Source of the DNA: a virus | DNA: 64,000 nt | Virus record (IMG/VR): IMGVR_UViG_3300038393_000909 | Location: 1-64,000 of that record | Strand: one strand, 5' to 3' | Shown: positions 1 to 10,107 of the stretch, piece after piece | How positions within the stretch are numbered: position 1 is the stretch's first letter | Layout of the letters: the number at the start of each line of letters is the position of its first letter | The notes under the pieces: model-generated | What the model saw: the letters and a program-made list of their open reading frames with translations, nothing else | Databases searched by the model: none | What the model was told of the DNA's origin: nothing | Program-made: the position numbers and the translations under genes

Positions 1-10
1 TATCCGGCAT

Positions 11-63
11 GGGGTCAAAACCGCACTTTCGCAACCTGAGATAGGTAAATGGGGGTCAAAACC
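11..63 (+). repeat. 12-bp direct repeat GGGGTCAAAACC x2 at the left edge of the window
   Basis: Copies at 11-22 and 52-63 in a non-coding leader. Confidence 0.6.
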
Positions 64-339
64 CCTGTAGGAAGCGAAATTTTCTTACTTGCGAGGGGTG
101 GTCGGGATAGCGCAAGCCTATCAGAGCGTCAGCGAATGATAGATGGCGCCTATCGAATGGCGTACCCGGACAGGGTGCTAAGCCCCTAAGTCCTTCATTT
201 CCTTAGGGAAGCCCCGGACACGCTCTCAAGTCCGTGTCTCTTTCCCCTTATACAGTCTGTCTCTCTCTTAGTTGTCCAGCCAGTGATGGGACATGCGGTT
301 TCGGACCCCATTCCCTGCACATTTCCCGGAGATTTCGAT

Positions 340-621
340 ATGTCCGACGATCCAGCCCTGTACCGCCGCAAGGGCCTGTTCCTAGCTCACCTTGCCGACA
401 GCATAACGGCCGACGGGTTCGACAACGAACGTGCCCGCGAGCTGGCCCTTGAGCTAAAGGCTGCCGCCTCGGAGCTGAAGCAGTTGCAGGAGCTACTGGC
501 CTCCCTGAGCGACGAGAGCCGCGAGGCCGTCCAGGCTGCCCAGAAGTCCGACGACTACGACGGCGCCTATGAGGGCTTCTGCGACGGTATGCGCGCCCTT
601 CGATACGCCGACGACTACTGA
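340..621 (+). CDS. hypothetical early protein
   Basis: ORF with GGAG RBS; first of a tightly packed co-directional series. Confidence 0.6.
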   Translation: MSDDPALYRRKGLFLAHLADSITADGFDNERARELALELKAAASELKQLQELLASLSDESREAVQAAQKSDDYDGAYEGFCDGMRALRYADDY

Positions 622-635
622 CCGGAGGATTCGAT

Positions 636-833
636 ATGCGCTCCACAACCCGTGACGCCCTGTCTGAGGGGCTGTCTCGACACTTCGCATACCGTTGGGC
701 GGATGGGTCCGTTCAACGGGCTCGGCTTACCCCTGAGCAAGCGGCGGAGCATGCGGCTTGGCTCCGCTCATATCCGCTTGTCGCCCGACGCCTCTACGTT
801 CGGGACGTTCTAACCGGTCGCTTCTGCGCCTAA
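636..833 (+). CDS. hypothetical protein
   Basis: GGAGG RBS, packed ORF. Confidence 0.55.
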   Translation: MRSTTRDALSEGLSRHFAYRWADGSVQRARLTPEQAAEHAAWLRSYPLVARRLYVRDVLTGRFCA

Positions 834-850
834 CCCGGAGGATTCCAGCC

Positions 851-1075
851 ATGGGACAGACACGGACTGTCGAGGAAGAGCGCGCGAGCCGGTACGGCGG
901 AACGTATACGGCCTTCGTGAAGGAGGTCCGTTGCTGCGGGCAATGGCTCCGGTGCGACCGCTTCACCGTCACCTGTGACGGGTGCGGTACCGACTACAAC
1001 CAATCCGGCCAAGCCCTCGCTCCGCGGGAATTCTGGGGCGAGGAAACCGGCGAGCATTGGTCTGAGTGCTACTAA
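851..1075 (+). CDS. small Zn-ribbon-like protein
   Basis: CC..C and CxxC motifs, GGAGG RBS. Confidence 0.55.
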   Translation: MGQTRTVEEERASRYGGTYTAFVKEVRCCGQWLRCDRFTVTCDGCGTDYNQSGQALAPREFWGEETGEHWSECY

Positions 1076-1086
1076 GGGAGCCAGCC

Positions 1087-1368
1087 ATGGATGACAGCCA
1101 CATCACGATAACCGACAACGGCGGCATGTCGTTTGTCGGCGCCGATGCGGTCGACCTGTACCGCGTTATGACGCTGCGCAGCTCGATCGATCTACACCGC
1201 AAGTGCGGGCTCATCCCGACGCGCGGCGTCACCATAACCAAGATGTTCAAGCTGGCCGGGCAATACACCGGGCAGACGTACAAGCGCGGGCAGCACGAAC
1301 GCGCCATAGCGGACCTGACCGTCTGGATTGAGACGATGAAGTCCGCCCTTCCAATCGAGAAGCGCTAA
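1087..1368 (+). CDS. hypothetical protein
   Basis: GGGAG RBS followed by CCAGCCATG start. Confidence 0.6.
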   Translation: MDDSHITITDNGGMSFVGADAVDLYRVMTLRSSIDLHRKCGLIPTRGVTITKMFKLAGQYTGQTYKRGQHERAIADLTVWIETMKSALPIEKR

Positions 1369-1877
1369 GGGGCCAGCCATGAGACAGACACTAGCCGAAC
1401 GCCTCGCATTCGAAGCGCAACTGGCCGCCGACCTGGAAGCCCTGGTTGCTGAGTTCCGAGGCTACTTCGCCGCACTCGAGGCTGAGTACGGCCCGTACGT
1501 TTCCCCTCGCCTACCACTCGAAAGGATCTAACCGTGGCTAACGGAGCCATATCGCAACACGTCGCCAACGTCATTCGCCGCGCCATCCGCGCCAACCAAA
1601 GGGAGCTAACGCCCATGAACGATCACGACGCCATGCTCGCCATTCAAGAGTTGATGGACGGGGTTGAATGGTCCCCCGACACGCTGGACGCAATCGCACA
1701 GATCATGGTCGCGGCCGGGTATCGGCTCCGCGATCTGAACGAAGTTGATATCGAGGAAAGCGACGCATAAGGAACCGCACGTGCAAAGCATTCGCGATCC
1801 ACCACGCGCGGACTAAGAGAGATTCACACTGTCAAATAACCTGCGTATCATAGTCCATATTAGGCTGGAGGTCAACT

Positions 1878-2177
1878 ATGTCTTTGTCAAGTCACGCGAA
1901 AACCGCACTCGACGCCTGCTATTCGACGCGCGGAACAAGCAAGGGCATGCTGAAAGCCAAGGCCCCGCCATCGAACACGCTCGAATATGCCGCTTGGCAA
2001 GGCGCCATGCTCAGCGTCAACCCCTATAAGGCCAGCATTGCCGGTCTGATCTTTATGACACCGGAGCAGCGCGCCATCGCGGATGAGGTGACCGCCTACT
2101 TCGACAGCCTGCCCAAATCGCAACGCATCGCCGCCCAACGGGATCGCCGCTCGCTCGAAGCGCTTGGCGTCTGGTAG
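1878..2177 (+). CDS. hypothetical protein
   Basis: GGAGG RBS, ORF track. Confidence 0.6.
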   Translation: MSLSSHAKTALDACYSTRGTSKGMLKAKAPPSNTLEYAAWQGAMLSVNPYKASIAGLIFMTPEQRAIADEVTAYFDSLPKSQRIAAQRDRRSLEALGVW

Positions 2178-2464
2178 GAGATTCGCAATGACCGTAGCAG
2201 AACTGATCAGGGAACTTGAGCGCTTCCCGAAGAATATGCCTGTCGTCAGACTCCGGCATGGCGAGTACGTCACGCGATGGGAAACCATGGACGGCCACTG
2301 GTTTCAAACCGTTCTCGTTAGGCGGTCTGACAGCCCCTTGAACGCCGGATCGTACTATGAGGCGAGGTCGAAGGATGAGGCCGAAGGGACGGCAATCGAG
2401 GCGCTAGAACTCTAGCCTCGCGTCTGATTACTTGCCAATACATTCGAATTACTTGTAAGGAGGA

Positions 2465-2704
2465 ATGCAAATGGCCCTAACAACGATCGGTGTGCACCGG
2501 CCCACGCGGATGACAGCCGCGGTGCGCGAGTTCCCGAACTCTCTCAACCCGTTCTGCACGATCGAGATGAAGTTCCACGACGAAGGGGATGAGCGATTCG
2601 AGCTGTGCGTCTACCTCGCGCCTGAGCAGGCCGCATACGCCCAACGGATCGCAGCTGCGATCAACGAAGCTGTCTCCGCCGATACCGTCCCACAAGCTGC
2701 CTGA
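2465..2704 (+). CDS. hypothetical protein
   Basis: AAGGAGG RBS, preceded by a copy of the 20-bp motif. Confidence 0.6.
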   Translation: MQMALTTIGVHRPTRMTAAVREFPNSLNPFCTIEMKFHDEGDERFELCVYLAPEQAAYAQRIAAAINEAVSADTVPQAA

Positions 2705-2714
2705 GGAAGAAACC

Positions 2715-3107
2715 ATGTCCGCTTTCATCGTGAGCAACAAGCACATCAACGCTATCGTGTCATGGTCTGCGGCTAATAACTATGGGCGCCGACCGTCCCT
2801 TGAAGAATGCCATGATGCCGGTCGCATGCTGATGGCTGAGAACTGCAAGTCGGTTGGATACCGATACGCGCACATCCCTGGCATGGTTCAGGAATGCGCC
2901 GACGCGCTAGAGGGTTACGCCTTCAAGCCCGATACGACGAAGCGCAGCGCAGTCGAGATCATCAAGGCGTGCGAGTGTCTGGCCTACCAGAGCAGCGAGC
3001 ACGATGAGTGGGAGAGCAGCGAGGCTAAGCGGCTCCTCGATACGGTGAAGGATCGCGCTATCGACAAGCTCCCCGGCTATGACGCCGCACCGTGGGGCAT
3101 CAACTAA
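2715..3107 (+). CDS. conserved-looking phage hypothetical protein (MSAFIVS... YQSSEH..W)
   Basis: RBS and coding-like composition. Confidence 0.65.
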   Translation: MSAFIVSNKHINAIVSWSAANNYGRRPSLEECHDAGRMLMAENCKSVGYRYAHIPGMVQECADALEGYAFKPDTTKRSAVEIIKACECLAYQSSEHDEWESSEAKRLLDTVKDRAIDKLPGYDAAPWGIN

Positions 3108-3149
3108 CCGCGCACCGTCACACTTTACTCAGCCCAATGGAGGTAGGCA

Positions 3150-3512
3150 ATGGACATCAAGATAATGCAAGCTGACCAAGTCGAGCGCAACGGTTACGCC
3201 ATGTTCAACGGCAACGATCACTTGTGTGTCGACGTTCCGGATGGCAACTTCACTATTACGGCGAGGACATCTGAAGGCAAGCGGGTGACATTTGCCTTCC
3301 TGTGCTACGAGAATGACAAACCCCCGAAGTGTGTAGACGTGACATACCACGATAACGGTACGACGCGGACTAACGGCGATAAAGTACTGCCGACCTTCGA
3401 TGTTATCTCGTTTGGTAAGGGTGGGAGGTTCCTCTACGACTCTCGTAAGGAGCAGCCTGATGGCGACCAGAAGCCCGGCATCGTCACCCTGTTGATGGAT
3501 GACAAGAACTAA
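3150..3512 (+). CDS. hypothetical protein
   Basis: GGAGG RBS, ORF track. Confidence 0.6.
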   Translation: MDIKIMQADQVERNGYAMFNGNDHLCVDVPDGNFTITARTSEGKRVTFAFLCYENDKPPKCVDVTYHDNGTTRTNGDKVLPTFDVISFGKGGRFLYDSRKEQPDGDQKPGIVTLLMDDKN

Positions 3513-3561
3513 TCACGCCTACGTATTCGAATAAAAGCAAACAGCCTCAAGGAGTTGAACC

Positions 3562-4353
3562 ATGTCTAACGCCTACATCATCTGGGAAGGTGAGTCGCAG
3601 ATCGATGGCTCCCCAATCTTCGCCGTCGTCACCGGGCTAGAGACGGGCGGCAAGAACACCAAGATCGGCAAGATGGCAGCGGTCTACATCCTGCGCGCCG
3701 ATATGAGCCCGATGCAGGCGTCGCAGACCGGCGCCGACTATGCAATCTGCGGCGACTGCAAGCATCGTGGAACGGTCGAAGTGCGCGACGGTGTGCACCG
3801 GAACGTCGGACGGTCTTGCTATGTAACTTTGTTTCATGGTCCGCGCGTCGTCTACAAGGCATATAAGGATGGCGTCTATCCCCGTGCTGGCCTGAGCGTG
3901 ATCGCAGAGGCGATGCGCGGCGCCCTGGTACGGCTCGGCGCCTACGGTGATCCGGCCGCCGTCCCGCTCCACGTCTGGCAGACCGTGCTGGCGCATGTGA
4001 AGGATGCGACCGGCTACACGCACCAATGGCGTGAGCATCCCGAACTGGCCGCGTACTGCATGGCCTCCTGCGATACCAGCCAGGAACGAGAGGAGGCGAA
4101 GCGGTTAGGCTTTCGTACCTTTCGCATCCGCACAGCTGAAGCGCCGACGCTGAAGGGCGAGGGCAAGTGCCCGGCCAGCAAGGAGATGGGCAAGGTCACC
4201 CAATGCAACGCCTGCATGCTGTGCTCTGGCACGAGCAAGGGGCACAAGTCTGACATCACAATCGTCGCGCATGGCCCTGGCGCCAAGCACTTCAACCCGG
4301 AGCCGATCAAGATCTTCCCCTGGCCCGGCAACGTCAATCCGATTGCAGCCTGA
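3562..4353 (+). CDS. Cys-rich phage protein, possibly Fe-S/radical-SAM-like fold
   Basis: CGDC, CYV, RLGAYGDP, GYTHQW, CPA..CNACMLC motifs. Confidence 0.6.
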   Translation: MSNAYIIWEGESQIDGSPIFAVVTGLETGGKNTKIGKMAAVYILRADMSPMQASQTGADYAICGDCKHRGTVEVRDGVHRNVGRSCYVTLFHGPRVVYKAYKDGVYPRAGLSVIAEAMRGALVRLGAYGDPAAVPLHVWQTVLAHVKDATGYTHQWREHPELAAYCMASCDTSQEREEAKRLGFRTFRIRTAEAPTLKGEGKCPASKEMGKVTQCNACMLCSGTSKGHKSDITIVAHGPGAKHFNPEPIKIFPWPGNVNPIAA

Positions 4354-4363
4354 TGGAGCCCCC

Positions 4364-4642
4364 ATGATGAGCACGAAGCATACACCTGGACCTTGGTCGG
4401 TCGAACGTGACGGCAACGGAGAGTTGGCGATCTACGCCTATCGCACTCACCTTACTCACGGAGATAGTCCGCTCTCACTGGAGACGCGAGAGGCGAACGC
4501 CCGGCTTATGGCCGCAGCCCCGGAGATGCTGGCAGCTCTTCGCGAGGCTTACCTTTCGCTGGAGTGCCGACATCATACCCAGGTCACAACGACAATAGTG
4601 AAAGCCGCGATCGACAAAGCAGAGGGCAAGACCAATGGCTGA
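4364..4642 (+). CDS. HTPGPW...ANARLxAAAP family phage protein
   Basis: Characteristic motif pair; paralog at 25586-25927. Confidence 0.7.
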   Translation: MMSTKHTPGPWSVERDGNGELAIYAYRTHLTHGDSPLSLETREANARLMAAAPEMLAALREAYLSLECRHHTQVTTTIVKAAIDKAEGKTNG

Positions 4643-5018
4643 ATTCTATCTCGTGATGTGCAAGGACACCAACGGCGAGGTGTTCTCCTGGGAGACACAG
4701 CAAAAGGACGCATCGCACGCATCGACCGTCAAGTTCATCGCCGACGGCAATTGCGAATTCGAAATTCACCGTGTCGTCGCGATCGATCTCGAGGCCGGGA
4801 CGTCACGCGATGCGAGTGAGGAAATCGCCCAACACATTCACTGGCTCTCACATGAGAACGCGGAGGAGATGACGGAGGAGGTCGTCGCCTTCTGCGAGCG
4901 GCATGGGTTCGACACCCATAAGGACCCGGAGCCTCACGAACTCTGGGATGATCCCGATCACTACTACTACAGCGGCCGTGCCGACCATGAGCGAGCGGCC
5001 TATCGCGGCTACTTCTAG
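4635..5018 (+). CDS. hypothetical acidic protein
   Basis: ORF overlaps the upstream stop codon. Confidence 0.6.
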   Translation: MAEFYLVMCKDTNGEVFSWETQQKDASHASTVKFIADGNCEFEIHRVVAIDLEAGTSRDASEEIAQHIHWLSHENAEEMTEEVVAFCERHGFDTHKDPEPHELWDDPDHYYYSGRADHERAAYRGYF

Positions 5019-5037
5019 GACCAACAGGAGGAACATC

Positions 5038-5373
5038 ATGAAGAAGATCGTTATCGCCACCGTCGCCCTCGCCTGCCTGACGCTGCCGGCCAGGGCAGAT
5101 GAGAAGCTAGACCTCGCCGTAAGGCTTATCGCGGCCAGTGCCTTCGTCAAAGACTACTGCGCCGGCATGAAGCCGAACCTGTTGCTGGTCAACGCAGCGG
5201 TCAACAAGCTCGGCGTCGATATCGACCGGCTCAAGAAGAACTCCGGTAAGATGATGCAGGGCGAGATGATCATTGGCGCCCTGGCTAACGACACCAAGTC
5301 GAACTGCAAGGCCATGTGGGGCATGTTCGGTGACGACGGCACTGTGATCGCCGGCATCGTCGAGAAGGAGTGA
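5038..5373 (+). CDS. secreted/periplasmic hypothetical protein
   Basis: Signal peptide MKKIVIATVALACLTLPARA. Confidence 0.65.
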   Translation: MKKIVIATVALACLTLPARADEKLDLAVRLIAASAFVKDYCAGMKPNLLLVNAAVNKLGVDIDRLKKNSGKMMQGEMIIGALANDTKSNCKAMWGMFGDDGTVIAGIVEKE

Positions 5374-5644
5374 GCGCACATGAGCCATGAGGGGCCACAC
5401 GACAACCCAGATGCCTGCTCCTACCCCAGGCCGCCACCATGTACAGCAGACTACATACCCAATCGTTTGCATTTATTCGGAGGATTAAGGCGTGCGCTAC
5501 GTCGTGATGGTGATCTGCACCACGGAATGGAAATTTGTTCCTATCACCGGCCTGCTCTCGAGGGAGGAAGCCGAGATCGAACTCAAGAAGCAGCGCGGCC
5601 CGGCCTTCATCGGTCGGTGTTCCGTACAGTGAACAGGCCTGATC

Positions 5645-5986
5645 ATGAATTGGTCAACCACGGCGCAGAATGCGTGGTATGTTGTGACCGCGCACCGCGC
5701 GCTCTGCCAGAAGAACGACAAGCACAGCAAGGCCTTAGCCGATCGATGTGAACAGACGCTGATCGACGGTCTGCTATCGGATTACCCTCTGCCAGAGGGC
5801 GCCGACATCACTGACAAGCCAGATGCGAATCAGATAACGCTCACAGCCGAGAGGCTGGCGACCGTGCCGGAGGCCTGGGTGCCGATGGTGGTGATCGAGC
5901 ACCTGATCACGCAGCACCATGTCCGCTTCAACCGTAAGCTAGGAGCGTGGCAGCGGTTCCAGAGGCGCTACCTCATGGACTTCTAG
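5645..5986 (+). CDS. hypothetical protein
   Basis: ORF track. Confidence 0.55.
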   Translation: MNWSTTAQNAWYVVTAHRALCQKNDKHSKALADRCEQTLIDGLLSDYPLPEGADITDKPDANQITLTAERLATVPEAWVPMVVIEHLITQHHVRFNRKLGAWQRFQRRYLMDF

Positions 5987-6018
5987 ACCTGGAGGAGAGA
6001 ATGCAACCTGCGGTGTAT

Positions 6019-6090
6019 GCAACCATGGCTACGCTTGTACGCGGTCATGAGCGTTGACAGACACCGACCGCCAAGCCATAACCATGGTTA
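6019..6090 (+). promoter_or_regulatory. sigma70-type promoter with flanking AACCATGG(C/T)T palindromic operators
   Basis: TTGACA (6054-6059), N17, CATAAC (6077-6082); GCAACCATGGCTAC at 6019 and perfect TAACCATGGTTA at 6079-6090. Confidence 0.6.
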
Positions 6091-6130
6091 CGGAGTGGGC
6101 CGATAAGGAATTTATCCACAGGCCGCTTGC

Positions 6131-6730
6131 GTGGATCGCGAGCGCGGCCTAACTCTGTCTGACGAGAACGAAGGGGGAACGTCCGTGTGCTGCGCCAATC
6201 GGAAAGCACAAGATGTGCCAGCGGAGACGGCCAAGTCTCTCACATGGCTGGTCGGTGTGGCACCGTACCAGATGGATGCCCTCTGTCTCGAGTCTGCGGC
6301 GCCGAGCAAGGTCGAAGCCTGGAAGCGCCAGCACGGTCACAGCTTCAACGTCATCGTCACGCCAGCGCATCTGAACTGGCTTAACCTGCCACTCTCCCGT
6401 GAGAAGCGCCACCTGATCAATATGGGTATCAAGCGCAACGCCAACGCGGTACTCAAGCCACGCAAGGGGCGACCACAGAAGCAGGAGGTGCCAACCTTCG
6501 AGGTCAACGCCATCATCCGCCGGGTAGCTCGGATCCACGAGCTGACGGCCGAGGAGATCCTTATACCGAACCGGACCCGGACCGTCGCCAGGGCGCGAGC
6601 GCACGCGATCTTTCTCCTGAGGAAGGAGTTGAGCCTGTCACAGCCAACGATCGCGCAGCTGCTTGGCTATAAGGACCCAAGCACGGTAAGAAGCGTTCTC
6701 ACGAAGACGCTGGATGAAATTCTGAGGTAG
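6131..6730 (+). CDS. protein with C-terminal DnaA domain IV-like HTH (start uncertain)
   Basis: RVARIHELTAEEIL..RTRTVARARAHAIFLLRKELSLSQPTIAQLLGYKDPSTV. Confidence 0.7.
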   Translation: MDRERGLTLSDENEGGTSVCCANRKAQDVPAETAKSLTWLVGVAPYQMDALCLESAAPSKVEAWKRQHGHSFNVIVTPAHLNWLNLPLSREKRHLINMGIKRNANAVLKPRKGRPQKQEVPTFEVNAIIRRVARIHELTAEEILIPNRTRTVARARAHAIFLLRKELSLSQPTIAQLLGYKDPSTVRSVLTKTLDEILR

Positions 6731-6732
6731 AC

Positions 6733-6990
6733 ATGGATGAGGGCGAGCGCCGGAACGCGACGCGGAAGGTGCTATCCGGCCGCGATGTTGAGGTGTGGCG
6801 TCTCAGTCGAGGACTCGATTACGGATCAATGGGTAGAATGCTCGGCGTCACGGCGCAGTCCGTCAAGAAGTACGAGAGCAGCGGCATGTCGAGGAAGGAT
6901 GCTCTAGCCCTTGCAGCCATCGACGAAGGCCTAGAACCATACAAGCCGACCGAGGAAGATATACAACTCGCAGAGGAGGCGAAGAAATGA
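6733..6990 (+). CDS. XRE-like HTH protein
   Basis: WRLSRGLDYGSMGRMLGVTAQSVKKYE. Confidence 0.7.
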   Translation: MDEGERRNATRKVLSGRDVEVWRLSRGLDYGSMGRMLGVTAQSVKKYESSGMSRKDALALAAIDEGLEPYKPTEEDIQLAEEAKK

Positions 6991-7379
6991 GACCGAGAGC
7001 CATCGGTACTGCGCATGGCCCGTTCGATATAAAGCTCAACCCGCGATTTGATAAGCGCCTCGATGGATTGATCAACGACTTGGCGACGATCGCGCTACAG
7101 ATTCAGGAGCCGCTGCAGGAAGCGCGGGATCTCTTGGAGGAACTGCAGAGCCACATCGAGGCGGAGACTGAGCGTACGCAGGTTCGTAAGGAACTGGGCG
7201 AGCTGCGGTCGAACCCGGTCGAGGTCGATGGTGCTACCATCTGGCTGGGAAGCCTCGCCGTCCTTGCTGAGGCGTCCAACCCGCGTGGCGTGATGCGATC
7301 CCTCGAGACGGTCAACGAGGTGATCGATGCGATCAAGTACGGCCTCCAGGGTAAGGAGGTCGGCCACCCCGAGGAGTGA
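6987..7379 (+). CDS. hypothetical coiled-coil protein
   Basis: ATGA overlap with the upstream gene. Confidence 0.55.
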   Translation: MRPRAIGTAHGPFDIKLNPRFDKRLDGLINDLATIALQIQEPLQEARDLLEELQSHIEAETERTQVRKELGELRSNPVEVDGATIWLGSLAVLAEASNPRGVMRSLETVNEVIDAIKYGLQGKEVGHPEE

Positions 7380-8549
7380 CCGACCCAAGTCTCAAGGAGG
7401 AAAGCGCCACTAAGCAAAGCGCGCATCCTCTATGCCACGCCGTTTGCAATCGTGCAAGCGGTTCGATTCGATTTCTCGAGAGCCAGCCATGTACGAGAAG
7501 ACGGTGAGGTATGGCGAGTCGGGCGTCATGAGCGACGAGCGGTTCGAGATCAAGGCCGTGACCCACGACGAGGAAGGGATCCACTGGGGCGCCAACAGCT
7601 TCGTTCGCCTACGCGATGAGGATAGCGGCGAAGAGTGGACACTCGACCAGGAGAAGGCTCAGAAGCTGGCGAACGCCCTGCTCGGAGCCGTGCGTTACCT
7701 TAAGAGATGGAGCTGATCATGAACCCCGACATCGACCGCCTGTGCTCAGCCGCACAGCAGCCCGCCTATGCCTACGCCCTCAAGGTTACCTCAGAGGGTG
7801 CCGGTGGATGCGGGGCTGAACTCGAAGCCATCGTCCGCGCCATCCTGACCGAGATGAAGACTATGAGCGTTCACATGCTCCAAGCCAGGGTGTCGGCTGA
7901 GAACCCCGCCTTCATATGGAGCGATGTCATCGACCGGATATTGGAGGGGAACTATGACTGAGACCGCACGCGCCCAGCTGGTGCGCTACCTGCGCCGCGA
8001 GATCAACGCCTTCGATCCCGAGGTGGATGAGGCTGATGCGGGATGTATCGAGTGCACATGCGGCACGGTCCCGATCCACCTGGAGACTGGACTGTGTGAG
8101 CGACATGAGGCCGAGGCGATCCTGCTGAAGATGAAGAGGACGCGATGAACGCAGACAAAAATAGTTTCGGATACCCAGCGCCTGAAGTTCCCTGCCGCGT
8201 ATGCGGTGGGTTTAAGAACAACCAGAGCGAGCCGCGCTTTGGGTACGTGGTCTGCGAGGATCACCAGGACGTACAGCCCATACACATACCACTCGAGGCG
8301 CCGAAGAGAGGCAAGAAGGATTGAGATGAACGTAGACATGACACGGCTGTGTGAGGCAGCCAAGAGGGCTCAGCCCGGTCTTACGCTGCCTGGATGCCGC
8401 GACGTCGTGCATGCCGTGCTCACCGAACTGCGGGCTATCTACAGCGAACGCCGGGACGACGACGTGGCGGACTTTGTGGCGTCGTTCCTTCTCGATAAGA
8501 TAGTGATGCTGCTCATCACGGAGCCGCTGGTGGTTCACAGCAACGACAA

Positions 8550-9173
8550 GTGAGAGGAGATGAGACGATGGGCACCCTACGCTTTGCAGAGATCCCTGAA
8601 GGCCGCGCACCGCTCTTCCTGAAGTACCAGGGTGAATTCCGCGAACAGCCTGGCTACCTCGATCTTGATGAGAACGGAAACGTCGAGGTCGGCACTAATC
8701 CCGAGATCGGCAGAGCCATCCCCGTAAGCGTGTGGAACCGTCGCACGGTTCGCTGGACCATTCCAGGCACGGCCAAGGGCGTCAGCCTCTCCGTCCTGCT
8801 CGAGCAGCTCAAGCCGCTACTGGAGCGCGTGCACGCCGGCCACTCCGTCGACTGGGACGGCAGCAACCACGTTGGCACATTCACGGACGATGCCAGCGAT
8901 GCGATCGACGCGGTTGAGGCCGAGATCGAACAGTTTTTCCAGGACGGCGACAACTGCGTCACCCTGTGGGACGCAAGCGACTGGCTGTTCACCGGCCGCA
9001 ACGACGAGCAGGACGCGCGCAACCTTGGTGTGAAAGCTGACATGACTGACGGGCAGCTTGAGACGCTGGCCGAGCAGTTCGGGCGAGAGGCCGAGGCCGA
9101 CGACGCATTCTTAGATGGCGATATCGCCAGCATGCTGCGCGATCTGCGTGACCGCCTGCGCGACGCGGCCTAA
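8550..9173 (+). CDS. hypothetical acidic protein
   Basis: ORF track, RBS. Confidence 0.6.
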   Translation: MRGDETMGTLRFAEIPEGRAPLFLKYQGEFREQPGYLDLDENGNVEVGTNPEIGRAIPVSVWNRRTVRWTIPGTAKGVSLSVLLEQLKPLLERVHAGHSVDWDGSNHVGTFTDDASDAIDAVEAEIEQFFQDGDNCVTLWDASDWLFTGRNDEQDARNLGVKADMTDGQLETLAEQFGREAEADDAFLDGDIASMLRDLRDRLRDAA

Positions 9174-9214
9174 TTCACCACCCCCACACGCGCATATCTA
9201 ACTGGAGAACAGCG

Positions 9215-9574
9215 ATGCCGCTCAATCTTTCAGAGCTTGAACAACATGGCCTGGGCTACGTGGCGCAGCTGGTCCGCGGCGGGCGCTACATTCCCGACAG
9301 CGTCCTGGTCCCGGCAGGCGAAGGTCGATACACGGAGGCGCGCGAGGCGTATCATGAATGGTGCCTGACGGACGCGTGCCGCGAGTTCACCAACGACGTG
9401 CTCGACAACGTGGCTGAGTATGGCGGCTGGAAAGATCCGACCGATCCGGCAGAGGTTCATGCCTACCTCGACAGCGCCTGGGCAGACCACGAGAACTGGC
9501 GCGAGTTGACAGAGGACGAGAAGCAGGCAGCCGCGCGCATCACGGCAGAGAAGGTCAAGTCCCGACTTGCATAA
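9215..9574 (+). CDS. hypothetical protein
   Basis: GGAG RBS. Confidence 0.6.
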   Translation: MPLNLSELEQHGLGYVAQLVRGGRYIPDSVLVPAGEGRYTEAREAYHEWCLTDACREFTNDVLDNVAEYGGWKDPTDPAEVHAYLDSAWADHENWRELTEDEKQAAARITAEKVKSRLA

Positions 9575-10097
9575 GCTGCGGCGCTGAGGCGGCGAAGTCA
9601 CAGGAGCCTACGAGTTCGAACCCGTAGGCCACGCACACCCCATCCACGATCGACGCGAGCGCCCGCCTGCACATCTGCTGCACAGCCCGGCGGGTGATCT
9701 TCTCGTCGGGGCTCAGGATCCTCCTGAGGGCGTCGTCTGGGTATCCACGCAAGTGACCAGCCAGGGTCTGACGCTTGAGGCCGACGCGGTTCCCATCGAC
9801 GAACCGCAGCCACGACAGAATCGTCAGCACCCGTTCCCATTCCGTTAGGTCGAGGACGCAGGTTGCAGGCGGTATGTCCCGCAGCATCGAGGGGTGCTGC
9901 TTCAGGGCAGTGCCGAGACCGGTGACGCGGTCGTTCAGCGCCATGACATAGCGGGACGGACGCGCGTCGAAGCTCATCAGCGCGGCACCCAGTAGCGCCT
10001 CGACCACATCCTCATGGCTGCACTGGCCCTGCTTCTCGGCAGCAACCACGAGCGCGGCGCGCTGCAACCATTCCAGAACCATATCTGTTTGCGACAT
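9555..10097 (-). CDS. hypothetical protein, possible transcription regulator; probable paralog of 16172-16735
   Basis: Shared L(S/D)WLRF motif and C-terminal HTH-like segment. Confidence 0.5.
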   Translation of the reverse strand: MSQTDMVLEWLQRAALVVAAEKQGQCSHEDVVEALLGAALMSFDARPSRYVMALNDRVTGLGTALKQHPSMLRDIPPATCVLDLTEWERVLTILSWLRFVDGNRVGLKRQTLAGHLRGYPDDALRRILSPDEKITRRAVQQMCRRALASIVDGVCVAYGFELVGSCDFAASAPQLMQVGT

Positions 10098-10107
10098 GGA
10101 GGAGACC

